Positions 1 through 10,337 are shown, numbered from the stretch's first letter. The stretch is DNA of 64,000 nucleotides from Candidatus Excrementavichristensenella intestinipullorum (GCA_018711685.1 DVHZ01000153.1:5192-69191); one strand, 5' to 3'. Numbers and translations: made by a program. The notes: generated by a model from the letters alone, not told the origin.

Positions 1-950
<950 letters not shown>

Positions 951-954
<4 letters not shown>

Positions 955-1850
955 AACCCATTACGGTGATCGGCGGGGCCAACGTGGACCTGTGCGGCAG
1001 CGCCGCGGGCCCCGTCATCCCCAAGGATTCCAACCCGGGCCGGGTCAGGATGACGGCGGGCGGCGTAGGCCGCAACATCGCCGAAAGCCTGGCCCGCCTT
1101 GGCTTGCCCGTGCGGCTGCTGTGCGCCCTGGGCCGGGACGAGCAGGGCGCTTTCCTGGACCGGCAGTGCCGCCAGGCGGGCATCGACATGTCCATGACGT
1201 TGTATCCGGCAGGGGGCAGAACCTCCTGCTACCTGTGCCTGAACGACCGGGATGGGGACCTGCTGCTGGCGGTGAGCGATATGGAGATATGCCGCAGCCT
1301 GACCCCCCGGGTCCTGGAAACGGCGCTGCCCCTGCTCAACGACAGCGCCCTGTGCGTACTGGACGCCAATTTGCCCCAGGAGACCATCGAGTACCTGGCC
1401 CGTAAGCTTACCGTGCCCCTGGCGGCGGACCCGGTGTCGGTGGCCAAGGCGCCCCGGCTGGGCCCTGCCCTACCCCGCCTGGCCGCCCTCAAGCCCAATT
1501 TGCCCGAGGCACGCGCCTTGACCGGCTTGGCTGAGGGAGACGCTCCAACGGCGGCCCAGGCCCTGCACCGGATGGGGGTGGAGCGGGTATTTCTGTCCCT
1601 GGGCGCTCAGGGGGCCTATTACCTGGACCGGGAGGGGGGCGCGGCGCTGCCCTGCCTGCCCGGCCCGGTGGCGGACACCACCGGCTGCGGGGACGCCTTT
1701 CTGGCGGCGGCCCTGGACGGCCTGGTCCGGGGCCTGCCCGGCAGGCAATCGGCCCGATGCGCCCTGGCGGCGGCGGCCCTTCGGGCGGCAGGGCGTCCGG
1801 TGAGCCGGGAGGCCATCGGCCAAGCGATAAAGGATGGAGGCGTTGCATGA
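951..1850 (+). CDS. psuK: pseudouridine kinase (PfkB family carbohydrate kinase)
   Basis: GTG 951 overlaps the glyA stop (GTGA). Motifs [23 protein letters not shown] and C-terminal TGCGDAF are present, and psuG follows directly. The 435-950 part of the listed ORF is an out-of-frame overlap with glyA. Confidence 0.8.
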
Positions 1851-2776
1851 TGGACAATCCCTACCTGTGGATATCGGAAGAAGTGGAGCAGGCCCTAAAG
1901 GAGAATAAGCCCGTGGTGGCCCTGGAGAGCACCATCATCTCCCACGGCATGCCCTACCCCCGCAACGTGGAAACCGCCCTGCGGGTGGAGCAGGCGGTAC
2001 GGAGCCAGGGGGCGGTGCCCGCCACCATCGCCATCCTGCAGGGCAAGCTGTCGGTGGGCATCTCCCCGGAGCAGATCGACCACCTGGGCCGGCGGGGGCT
2101 GTCTGTGCACAAGGCCAGCCGCCGGGATTTGGCGGTGCTGCTGTCCCAGGGTATGGACGGAGCCACCACTGTGGCCACCACCATGATCGGGGCCGCTTTG
2201 GCCGGCGTCAAGGTGTTTGCCACCGGCGGCGTGGGCGGCGTACACCGGGGCGCCGAAACCACCATGGATATCAGTGCTGACCTGGAGGAGCTGGGCCGCA
2301 CCGGGGTGTGCGTGGTGTGCGCCGGGTGTAAGTCTATTCTGGACCTAAAGCTGACCATGGAATACCTGGAAACCAAGGGCGTGCCGGTGATCGGCTACGG
2401 CACCGAGGAACTGCCCGCCTTCTATACCCGCACCAGCGGGCTCAAGGTGGATTACCGGCTGGACAGCGCCCAGGATATCGCCCGGGCCTTCCGCGCCCAG
2501 CAAGCCTGCGGCATCGCCGGGGGGATGCTGGTGACCAATCCCATTCCCCAGCAGTATTCCATGGACCCGGACTTCATTAACCAAAACATCGACCAGGCGG
2601 TGGCCGAGTGCCAAAAATTGGGCATTCAGGGCAAGGAGATCACCCCCTTCCTGCTGGACAAGGTGCAAAAGCTCACCGGCGGGCTGAGCCTGGAGGCCAA
2701 TATCGAACTGGTGCTCAACAACGCCCGCTTGGCCGCCCAGGTGGCGGCGGCGCTGTGCGGCTTGGCGGGGGAATAG
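1847..2776 (+). CDS. psuG: pseudouridine-5'-phosphate glycosidase
   Basis: ATG 1847 overlaps the psuK stop (ATGA). IndA/PsuG-like blocks are present: ALESTIISHGMPYP and ATGGVGGVHRGAE. Confidence 0.88.
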   Translation: MMDNPYLWISEEVEQALKENKPVVALESTIISHGMPYPRNVETALRVEQAVRSQGAVPATIAILQGKLSVGISPEQIDHLGRRGLSVHKASRRDLAVLLSQGMDGATTVATTMIGAALAGVKVFATGGVGGVHRGAETTMDISADLEELGRTGVCVVCAGCKSILDLKLTMEYLETKGVPVIGYGTEELPAFYTRTSGLKVDYRLDSAQDIARAFRAQQACGIAGGMLVTNPIPQQYSMDPDFINQNIDQAVAECQKLGIQGKEITPFLLDKVQKLTGGLSLEANIELVLNNARLAAQVAAALCGLAGE

Positions 2777-2780
2777 GAAT

Positions 2781-3581
2781 ATGCGCTTTGTGAAGATGCA
2801 GGCCTTGGGCAACGATTACGTGTACGTGGACCTGTTCCACCAGCGCCTGCCCAAGCCCCCCCAGCAGTTGGCGGTGGAGGTGTCCCGGCCCCACTTCGGC
2901 GTGGGCGCCGACGGGCTCATCCTCATCGAGCCCTGGGAGGACGCCGACGCCAGAATGCGGGTGTTCAACGCCGACGGCAGCGAGGCCCTCATGTGCGGCA
3001 ACGGCATTCGCTGCGTGGGCAAGTATCTGTACGACTCGGGGATTTGCCGCCGGGAACAGCTGCGCATCCAGACCGGCGCGGGCCCGCGCCTGCTGACGCT
3101 GCAGGTGGAAAAGGGCCTGTGCGTGGGGGCGTCGGTGGACATGGGCCAGCCTGTCTTTGAGGGCGAGGCCGCGGCGGTTCAGGCGGCGGGGCAGAGCTGG
3201 CTCCTGCAGAAAGTGAGCATGGGCAATCCCCACGGGGTATGTTTTCTGCCCCAGCTGCCCCAGGACGCCCTGTTCCATGCTGCGGGGGCGGCGCTGGAGC
3301 GGGCCCCCATATTCCCCCACCGGGCCAATATCGAATTTTGCCAGGTTCAGGACCAGGACCGCCTGGCCGTGCGGGTGTGGGAACGGGGCTCAGGGGAGAC
3401 CCTGGCCTGCGGCACCGGCGCCTGCGCGGCGGCGGCAGCGGCCATCCGCGCCGGGTTCACAGGGCCCCGGGTAACCGTAGCCCTGCCTGGCGGCGAGCTG
3501 GACATCCGCTGGCAGGAGGATGGACATGTGCTGATGACCGGACCCGCCCAGGTGAGCTTCACCGGGGAGTGGCCGGATTAG
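2781..3581 (+). CDS. dapF: diaminopimelate epimerase
   Basis: 266 aa with MQALGNDYVYVD at the N-terminus and both catalytic Cys blocks (LMCGNGIRC, LACGTGACAAA). Confidence 0.92.
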   Translation: MRFVKMQALGNDYVYVDLFHQRLPKPPQQLAVEVSRPHFGVGADGLILIEPWEDADARMRVFNADGSEALMCGNGIRCVGKYLYDSGICRREQLRIQTGAGPRLLTLQVEKGLCVGASVDMGQPVFEGEAAAVQAAGQSWLLQKVSMGNPHGVCFLPQLPQDALFHAAGAALERAPIFPHRANIEFCQVQDQDRLAVRVWERGSGETLACGTGACAAAAAAIRAGFTGPRVTVALPGGELDIRWQEDGHVLMTGPAQVSFTGEWPD

Positions 3582-3595
3582 GGAGGAGGATATCC

Positions 3596-4513
3596 ATGGA
3601 AAAAATCTGTGTGGTGGGCAGCCTGAACGTGGACCTGACGGTGACGGTGCCTCACTTCCATCAGCCGGGAGAGAGCATGTTCGGCCTGAGTTTCAACACC
3701 TATACCGGGGGCAAGGGCGGCAACCAGGCGGTGGCGGCGGCGCGGCTGGGCGCGCCGGTGACCATGATCGGGTGCCTGGGGGCCGACGCCTACGGCAGCA
3801 TGTACCTGGACGCCCTGAAGCGGGAGAACATCAGCCAGGACGGCATCGTGGTCACCAGCGCCGCGCCTACCGGCATCGCCATGATCGAGGTGGACCCCAA
3901 GGGCGAAAACCGCATCGTGGTATACAAGGGCGCCAACGACGAACTGACCTGCGACGCCATCACCGAAAAGGCGGGCTATATTGAGCGCAGCGGGGTATGC
4001 CTGTTCCAGCTGGAGAACCCTCTGCCCGCCATCAACCACGCCATGGCCATCGCCCGGCAGGCGGGGGCCAAGGTGATCCTGGACCCCGCGCCGGTGCCCC
4101 ATACCCCCATCCCCCAGGCCATGTTCATGCTGTGCGACTGCGTAACCCCCAACGAAACCGAGCTCCATATCTTGACCGGTATGCCGGTGGATACCATTGA
4201 GCAGGCGGCCCAGGCGGCCATGAAGCTGATCCAGATGGGCTGTCCGGCGGTCATCAACAAGCGGGGCGGCCAGGGCTCCCTGCTGGTCACCAAGGAGGGG
4301 TACAAGCTGTTCCCCGGCTTCAAGGTCAAGGCGGTGGATACCACGGCGGCGGGGGACTCCTTCAACGCCGGCCTGGGCGTGGGCCTGGCCATGGGCCTGG
4401 AGCTGGGCGACGCCATCCGCATGGCCAACGCGGTAGGCGCTTTGAGCACCACCGCCCAAGGCGCACAGGCGGCCATGCCCACCATGGAGCAGGCCATGGC
4501 GCTGCTCAACTGA
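3596..4513 (+). CDS. rbsK: ribokinase
   Basis: ATG 3596 follows RBS GGGAGGAGGA. Ribokinase blocks are present: VVGSLNVDL, GGKGGNQAVAAARLG and DTTAAGDSFNAGL. The upstream part of ORF 3239-4513 overlaps dapF. Confidence 0.88.
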   Translation: MEKICVVGSLNVDLTVTVPHFHQPGESMFGLSFNTYTGGKGGNQAVAAARLGAPVTMIGCLGADAYGSMYLDALKRENISQDGIVVTSAAPTGIAMIEVDPKGENRIVVYKGANDELTCDAITEKAGYIERSGVCLFQLENPLPAINHAMAIARQAGAKVILDPAPVPHTPIPQAMFMLCDCVTPNETELHILTGMPVDTIEQAAQAAMKLIQMGCPAVINKRGGQGSLLVTKEGYKLFPGFKVKAVDTTAAGDSFNAGLGVGLAMGLELGDAIRMANAVGALSTTAQGAQAAMPTMEQAMALLN

Positions 4514-4551
4514 TAGGCGTTGCGCTACCCTTGTTTTATAGGAACCGGAGC

Positions 4552-4591
4552 AAAAACGGCGCTCATGGGCAAGTCCATGAGTGCCGTTTTT
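4552..4591. terminator. bidirectional intrinsic terminator between convergent rbsK and the opine-DH-like gene
   Basis: AAAAACGGCGCTCATGG-gcaagt-CCATGAGTGCCGTTTTT. The stem is about 13 bp (one G-T pair), with an A-run on one side and a T-run on the other. Confidence 0.7.
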
Positions 4592-4627
4592 CTAAACCGG
4601 GAGCCGCCGGACTGGAGGCGAGTCCTT

Positions 4628-5701
4628 TCAGGTTCCGCCGGTTTGGAGCCTTACGTCCTGAATCAGCTGGTTCAGATCCAGCATATGCTCGTTGCGGCCC
4701 TGGCCGTAGAAGTCGTAATCGTATACCGCGGTGGCCCACTGGATTACCGAGTCGATGATGGGGGTGGGCACGCCTACTGCCTTGGCCATGCAGCTGAAGG
4801 GCACGCATCCGGTTTGGATATCCTCGTAGATATACCGGGTATCGATATCCGTGGGGGCCAACACGTCCTGATAGGCGTCGGTGGATTGGATGCAGCTGTA
4901 CAAATCGTCGCCGGTGGAGCCGTAGTGCAGCTTGAGCCACTGGGTGGCGGGCAGCACTTGCGCCCCGACGGCCTGGGCCACGGCCACCCGCTCCGCGTCC
5001 ATGCGCTGCAGGATGTTGGCTACCAGGGGAGAAATGCCCTCGGTATAGAAGTGGAAGCCTTCCTTGGCCTCTACCCGGGTGATGTTCATCAGGATGGGCA
5101 AGGGGTGGAAGATCATGCCGATGTTGGCCAGACCGGTTTCGAACACGCTGCCGGCGGGCAGGATGGAGGGGAACAGCTGTCCCATGCGCTCCACCGCCTG
5201 GGGGGTATTGGCCGGATCGTGGGCGGCCAGCTTCACGTCGTGCTTGATGGCGTACAGGATGGGATAGCCGGGGGTAATGCACCGGCAGGTGAACAGGAAG
5301 GTTTCGGTTTCGGCTAGGATGATGCGGCCCTTCAGCCCGTTCTCCCGCAGGGTTTTATCGAATACATAGGTGCCCAGGGTGCGGCCCGGATTGAGCACCA
5401 CCAGTTGGCCGTCCACCAGGAAGGGCGCCATGGCCTTGGCCACCGCCGGGTGGTATTGGGCCGGGGTGGTGACCAGCACCACGCCGGCGCCCTCCAGCAC
5501 TTTTTCCATATCGCAGCTGATCAGGCGCAGGTCGGCCTCGCCGTTTACCTCACCGGAAAGCTGGAAGTGATTGGAAGAAAACATGTCCACCCGTTCTTGC
5601 TCCCGGGCGTACAGGGATACTTCAAATCCCTTGATGGCCAGATAAGCCGCCATGGATTGGCCGCCGTTTCCCGAACTGATGACCGCTACGCGCTGGCCCA
5701 T
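4628..5701 (-). CDS. NAD(P)-dependent opine (octopine/nopaline) dehydrogenase family protein
   Basis: ATG at 5701 follows RBS GGAGGAGAAGGAAC. The N-terminal Rossmann block is RVAVISSGNGGQSMAAYLAIKG, and the 357-aa length and overall pattern fit the octopine_DH family. It overlaps the upstream gene by 16 nt. Confidence 0.7.
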   Translation of the reverse strand: MGQRVAVISSGNGGQSMAAYLAIKGFEVSLYAREQERVDMFSSNHFQLSGEVNGEADLRLISCDMEKVLEGAGVVLVTTPAQYHPAVAKAMAPFLVDGQLVVLNPGRTLGTYVFDKTLRENGLKGRIILAETETFLFTCRCITPGYPILYAIKHDVKLAAHDPANTPQAVERMGQLFPSILPAGSVFETGLANIGMIFHPLPILMNITRVEAKEGFHFYTEGISPLVANILQRMDAERVAVAQAVGAQVLPATQWLKLHYGSTGDDLYSCIQSTDAYQDVLAPTDIDTRYIYEDIQTGCVPFSCMAKAVGVPTPIIDSVIQWATAVYDYDFYGQGRNEHMLDLNQLIQDVRLQTGGT

Positions 5702-7347
5702 GTTCCTTCTCCTCCTTTCTCCAAGCGCTCCAGGCGCTCCTGTTCGCATAGTTCTCTATTTTCCGCCGCGTCCCAGGCCACGCATTTGCCCCCCACCATG
5801 CGGGTCTTCAGCGTGCCCTTGAATACATCGTTCTTGAGGATATGGGGGGCGTCCAGCACGCCCCGGCGCACGCAATCGGCGATGACCCGGGGATCGGTGA
5901 GGGGATCGGCGCTGAAGCCCCGGTACTTTTCCTCGATGTAGCCGATGAGCACCCCCGCTTCCTGGATGAGCTGGGCCTTGCGCTGCTGCACCGCCGGATC
6001 GGCGGTCTGGTCCACGCCGCCCTGAAGCACGGAGCGGATGACGCCTCGGGCAATCTTGCAGCTCTCGATGACCACTTGCGGGGTGGCGGCGTGTTCCGCC
6101 TCGGAATAGCCCACCACGTGGATGATGTGGGGCTTCACCGCCATTTGCAGCAAGGTGCTGGCCCCCAATTGGCCCTTGGCCAAATCCAGGTCGCCGCTCA
6201 TAAAGGGTAGCCCGGCGCGGGTCTCCCGGTACAGGGTGAAATCGGGCCCGGCCAGGGACTCGGCCATCTCGATCTGAGCCAGCACCTTGGCCAGATCCAT
6301 GGAGAAGGACATGGCGCCGGGGATGTTGAACATGTATTGAGCCACGTAGTGGCGCAGCCCCGCCGCCTTGGCGTTGCGGGCGCAGATGTAGGCCATGGCT
6401 ACGGATATGACGTCGTGGGCGTCCCGCAGGCCCCAGTGATGGGGCTCGTTGAGCTCCACCGGTACGCCCCGGGCGGCGTGGAGCTTCATCAGCCGGTGGG
6501 CGTCGGCCATGGTCTCCTCAATGGTGCGCTCCCCCCGCCCATCCAGCTGGTTGAACCAGCACAGGGGCGTAGCGCACCAGGCGTTGTCGATGGTGCGCAA
6601 AAGCATTTCCGCAAAGGGGATCACGTCGGCGGTGCCGCTATAGCAGCGCATCAGGGGCCAATTTCCGGTCATGGAAGCTCGCTTGAGCAGTTCAAACTGC
6701 TTTTCGTCGGCTACGGGCACGCCGCCCGCCCCGTCCATGGCCGGGTCCCGGCGCTCCGGATGGAAGAAATATTGCTGGGTGTTCTGATCGATGCCCAGGG
6801 ATATCACGTCCAGCACCCGGGACTGGGCCAATTGCTCGATGCCCATCACGGTATCGGCAAAGGAGGGCAGCCCGAAATGGTGGCGCAGCAGGGGGTAGGG
6901 ATACTTTTGGGCGATGCGCTCCACCAGGGTGCCCGCGCTCATCTGCTGGGTGCAGTCCCGCTGGCCGCCCCGCAGGAAGGCGATGCAGTCGTCCAGGTCC
7001 TCCGAGCCGTCGTACACGGTGTCGAAGAAGCCGATTTCCTTCACCGCTTCCGCCACAGGGCGGGTGCCGCCGAATAGCCAGTGGGGGGAATAGGTCAAGC
7101 GCTTGGCGCCCTGGGCCAGCTGAGCGGCCAGCACCCGGGCGTTGGCCGGGGTGAGGCGGTAGCCTACCGCCACCACGTCCGGCTTCAGGCGTTCCACCTG
7201 TTCCAACACTTTTTCTACCGGCACCGCCGGCCCCAAATATACGGCCTCCCAGCCCTCCTGCTCCGCCTGGTCCAGAAAATGCTGGACCCCGGCTACGTGG
7301 ACGCAGTTGCCCAGGGATAGGCCCATGATTTTGCGTTTCTTCTCCAC
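5686..7347 (-). CDS. cobalamin (B12)-binding-domain protein fused to a large mutase-E-like/TIM-barrel-like domain; function unknown
   Basis: GTG 7347 follows RBS AAAGGAGGAAAT; an alternative ATG lies at 7326. The N-terminal ~125 aa resemble glutamate mutase S / B12-binding domains (KKRKIMGLSLGNCVHVAGV ... LFGG). The remaining ~420 aa are a large conserved-looking domain with loose by-eye similarity to methylaspartate mutase E. Confidence 0.6.
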   Translation of the reverse strand: MEKKRKIMGLSLGNCVHVAGVQHFLDQAEQEGWEAVYLGPAVPVEKVLEQVERLKPDVVAVGYRLTPANARVLAAQLAQGAKRLTYSPHWLFGGTRPVAEAVKEIGFFDTVYDGSEDLDDCIAFLRGGQRDCTQQMSAGTLVERIAQKYPYPLLRHHFGLPSFADTVMGIEQLAQSRVLDVISLGIDQNTQQYFFHPERRDPAMDGAGGVPVADEKQFELLKRASMTGNWPLMRCYSGTADVIPFAEMLLRTIDNAWCATPLCWFNQLDGRGERTIEETMADAHRLMKLHAARGVPVELNEPHHWGLRDAHDVISVAMAYICARNAKAAGLRHYVAQYMFNIPGAMSFSMDLAKVLAQIEMAESLAGPDFTLYRETRAGLPFMSGDLDLAKGQLGASTLLQMAVKPHIIHVVGYSEAEHAATPQVVIESCKIARGVIRSVLQGGVDQTADPAVQQRKAQLIQEAGVLIGYIEEKYRGFSADPLTDPRVIADCVRRGVLDAPHILKNDVFKGTLKTRMVGGKCVAWDAAENRELCEQERLERLEKGGEGTWASA

Positions 7348-7596
7348 GGCATTTCCTCCTTTCGCCAATAAGACCCAAAGCTTCGCCAAACGCGCAGCCT
7401 CTTTTGTATAATTCCATGAAAACTCTCAAGCAGAACGAACGAAAGATGATCCGTTCATTTAGACAGGGACGACGGCAATATTTCTCAAAATAACGCCAAC
7501 TTCATTATAGAGCATCCAAAACAACGTGTCAAGGGCGGCCCAAAAAAGGTCATATTCCCTACAAAACCAGGACACAATGAGGGAGGAGGTGGCGCC

Positions 7597-8634
7597 ATGA
7601 TTTCCATTGGCCTTTTCGACGTAAAGCCCTACGACCGCGTATGGTTCGACCGGCTGGCCCGGCCTGATACCCGCATTCGCTATTGCGATTACCGCTTAGG
7701 CCCGGATACCGCCCGGCTGGCCCGTGGCCTGGACGCGGTATGCCCCTTTGTCAGCGACGACTTAAGCGCCCGGACCATTCGCGCTCTGGCCGAATCCGGC
7801 GTCAAGCTCATCGCCCTGCGCTGCGCTGGGTTTAACAACGTGGACCTGCGGGCCGCCCAGGAATACCGCATCCCCGTGTGCCGGGTGCCCTGCTATTCCC
7901 CCAGCGCCGTGGCGGAGCACGCGGCGGCGCTGCTGCTCACCCTGAACCGCCACGTACACCGGGCCTACAACCGCACCCGGGAACACAACTTTAGCCTGGC
8001 CGGGCTCACCGGCTTCAACCTGAAGGGCAAGACCTGCGGCATCGTGGGCACCGGCCGCATCGGCCTGGCCTTCGCCGCCATCGCCCAGGGGTTTGGGATG
8101 CGGCTGCTGGCCTGCGACCCCTTCCCCGCAGGGATACCGGGCCTGACCTACGTGACCCTGGAAGAACTTCTGCGGGAAAGCGACGTGGTGTCGCTCCATT
8201 GCCCCCTCAGCGCCGGCACCCGCCACATGATCCAGGGCCGCACCCTGGGGCTGATGAAGCGGGAGGCGGTGCTCATCAACACCAGCCGGGGAGCCTTGGT
8301 GGACAGCCGGGCGCTGCTGGAGGCGCTGCGCAAGGGGCAGTTGGGGGGCGCGGCCCTGGACGTGTACGAGGAGGAAGGGGATGTGTTCTTCGAGGACGTG
8401 TCCGGCGAGGTGCTGGAGGACGAAGTGCTCTCCCTGCTGCTCACCCTGCCCAACGTGCTCATCACCGCCCACCAGGGCTTTCTCACCCAGGAAGCCCTCC
8501 AGGCCATCGCCGCCACCACCCTGGACAACATCCGGGGCTTCTTCTCCGGCCGGCCCCAGAACCTGATCGGCGGCGAGGCCGGGCGGGAAGCCCCTCAGCC
8601 CCAAGCCGCTCCGGCGCCAGCGCCCGTGCCCTAG
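7597..8634 (+). CDS. ldhA: D-lactate dehydrogenase / D-isomer-specific 2-hydroxyacid dehydrogenase
   Basis: Strong LdhA-like blocks: IALRCAGFNNVDL, VAEHAAALLLTLNRHVHRAY, GIVGTGRIGLAFA and NTSRGALVD. The C-terminal Pro/Ala-rich tail is unusual. Confidence 0.88.
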   Translation: MISIGLFDVKPYDRVWFDRLARPDTRIRYCDYRLGPDTARLARGLDAVCPFVSDDLSARTIRALAESGVKLIALRCAGFNNVDLRAAQEYRIPVCRVPCYSPSAVAEHAAALLLTLNRHVHRAYNRTREHNFSLAGLTGFNLKGKTCGIVGTGRIGLAFAAIAQGFGMRLLACDPFPAGIPGLTYVTLEELLRESDVVSLHCPLSAGTRHMIQGRTLGLMKREAVLINTSRGALVDSRALLEALRKGQLGGAALDVYEEEGDVFFEDVSGEVLEDEVLSLLLTLPNVLITAHQGFLTQEALQAIAATTLDNIRGFFSGRPQNLIGGEAGREAPQPQAAPAPAPVP

Positions 8635-8715
8635 GCCGGGCGCGGCCCGAAGGCGCCCGGCCCCGGCTCCCGGGATGGGCGGCGGAGCCGGGCCCGGGAA
8701 AAGGGCAACAAAAAA

Positions 8716-8742
8716 AGACCGGCTTCAACGGACGGTCTTTTT
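8716..8742. terminator. intrinsic terminator shared by convergent ldhA and rpsT
   Basis: AAAAAAAGACCG-gcttcaacgga-CGGTCTTTTT. The stem is short, with an A-tract on one side and a T-tract on the other. Confidence 0.55.
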
Positions 8743-8758
8743 CCTGATGGTCAAACCA

Positions 8759-9019
8759 TTACTGGGCGGCCTTGTTCAGGCGCTTTGCCAGGCGGGCCTT
8801 CTTGCGGTTGGCCGCATTCTTATGGATAACGCCCTTGCTGGCGGCCTTGTCCACAGCGCTGGCCACAGCGCTCAGCGCCTGAACGTCGGCGGTACCGGCG
8901 GCAACGGCGGCGTCGTACTTCTTGATGGACGTACGCATGGCGGACTTGATCATCCGGTTGCGCAGGTTCTTTTTCTCGTTCACCTTTACGCGCTTCATTG
9001 CGGATTTAATATTCGGCAA
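8759..9019 (-). CDS. rpsT: 30S ribosomal protein S20
   Basis: 86 aa, lysine/alanine-rich, beginning (M)PNIKSAMKRVKVNEKKNLRN. The start is TTG, 7-8 nt after GGGAGGTGA. Confidence 0.93.
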   Translation of the reverse strand: MPNIKSAMKRVKVNEKKNLRNRMIKSAMRTSIKKYDAAVAAGTADVQALSAVASAVDKAASKGVIHKNAANRKKARLAKRLNKAAQ

Positions 9020-9056
9020 GACAATTCACCTCCCGGCCTTTCAGTCAACAAACGAC

Positions 9057-9085
9057 ATTTTACCATGTTGGGCCGCCGATTGCAA
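9057..9085 (-). promoter_or_regulatory. sigma-A-type promoter of rpsT
   Basis: On the minus strand: TTGCAA (9080-9085), a 17-nt spacer, then TAAAAT (9057-9062), about 35 nt upstream of the rpsT start. Confidence 0.6.
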
Positions 9086-9099
9086 TACTTTTTTTCCTT

Positions 9100-9140
9100 T
9101 TTCCAGGTAAAATAACCGCTTTTCCAGGTAAAATCACCGC
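9100..9140. repeat. two tandem 21-nt direct repeats (TTTCCAGGTAAAATaACCGC / TTTCCAGGTAAAATcACCGC)
   Basis: Copies at 9100-9119 and 9121-9140 differ at one position. They lie just upstream of the rpsT -35 in the rpsT/gpr divergent region. Confidence 0.8.
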
Positions 9141-9410
9141 AAAAGGCCGCCGCATAGGCCGGGGCCGGGCGCGGAATACTAAGGCGTATTCCCACGGCCG
9201 CGCAAGGCTGATTCCCGGCGGACCCTTGCTCTTGCGCCGGGGTGGGGGCAGCCCCCTCCTGCGCGCCCCGCCCCGGACAGGTCCCAGGCTTTCGCCGGTT
9301 TCCTGGGGCCGGCCCCATGGGAGCCGGGCCCTTGCACCGGGGCCAACCGGCCAGCCGGAACCGGGCGGAGGGGAAAGCGGAGCCTTGAGGACGGGAAAGG
9401 AGATTGGACT

Positions 9411-10337
9411 ATGGGGGCGATCAGGACCGACCTGGCCATGGAGTCCTTTGAGGAACATGGCAAGGAGCGCTTGCCGGGAGTGGAGATATCCTCCTGGGAA
9501 GCGGAAGGGGTACACGTAACCGAGGTCAAGGTGAGCCAGGGCGAGGGCGCCCGGCTGTTGGGCAAAGCGCCGGGCAGCTATCTGACCCTGGAGCTGGAGG
9601 ACCAGGCCCGGCGGGCTCCTGAATCCCGGCGGGCGATGGCCACCCTGCTGGGGGAGGAATTGGCCCGGCTGGTGCCGCCGGGGGAAAGCGACCCGGTGCT
9701 GGTGCTAGGGCTGGGCAACCGGTGGGTAACCCCCGACGCCTTGGGCCCCCGCACGGTGGAGCGCACCCTGGTCACCCGGCACATCCTGCGGGAGATGCCC
9801 CAGGCGGCGGACGAACGCATGGGCCTGGTGTGCGCGGTAGCCCCCGGCGTGCTGGGGGTAACCGGGGTGGAAACCCAGGAGATGGTGAAGGGGTTGATAA
9901 GCCAGCTCCGGCCCCGGTGCGTCATCGCCGTGGACGCCCTGGCCGCACGGGCCACCGACAGGATGGGCTATACCATACAGCTCACCGACACGGGGATACA
10001 GCCGGGCTCGGGGGTGGGCAACCATCGCAGCGCTTTGACCCAGGAGACGCTGGGGGTCAAGGTCCTCGCCCTGGGGGTGCCTACGGTGGTCTACGCCGCC
10101 ACTGTAGCCCGGGACGCCCTGGAACTGTTGGCCCGCAATTCGGGGCTGGAGCAGGGTCACGAAAAGGCGCTGGACGCCTTAGGAGACCAAATAGCCGGGG
10201 GTGAATTGGGGGAAATGATCGTCACTCCCCGAGAGATCGACCAGCTCATCGAGGACGTATCCGCCATGCTGGCCAGCGGTATCAACCAAGCCCTCCACCC
10301 CGGTCTGAGTCAGAGCGAAATCGATACCATGATGTAG
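9411..10337 (+). CDS. gpr: germination protease (GPR endopeptidase)
   Basis: 308 aa beginning IRTDLAMESFE, with LGNRWVTPDALGP and TDTGIQPGSGVGNHR blocks typical of spore protease Gpr. The RBS is GGAAAGGAG. Confidence 0.9.
   Translation: MGAIRTDLAMESFEEHGKERLPGVEISSWEAEGVHVTEVKVSQGEGARLLGKAPGSYLTLELEDQARRAPESRRAMATLLGEELARLVPPGESDPVLVLGLGNRWVTPDALGPRTVERTLVTRHILREMPQAADERMGLVCAVAPGVLGVTGVETQEMVKGLISQLRPRCVIAVDALAARATDRMGYTIQLTDTGIQPGSGVGNHRSALTQETLGVKVLALGVPTVVYAATVARDALELLARNSGLEQGHEKALDALGDQIAGGELGEMIVTPREIDQLIEDVSAMLASGINQALHPGLSQSEIDTMM

Noticed and set aside
7348-7596. Cobalamin riboswitch upstream of the B12-binding-domain gene
   Set aside because: On the minus strand I found no B12-box (GCCACTG-like core) and no extended conserved helices. 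The region is simply AT-rich promoter DNA shared with ldhA.
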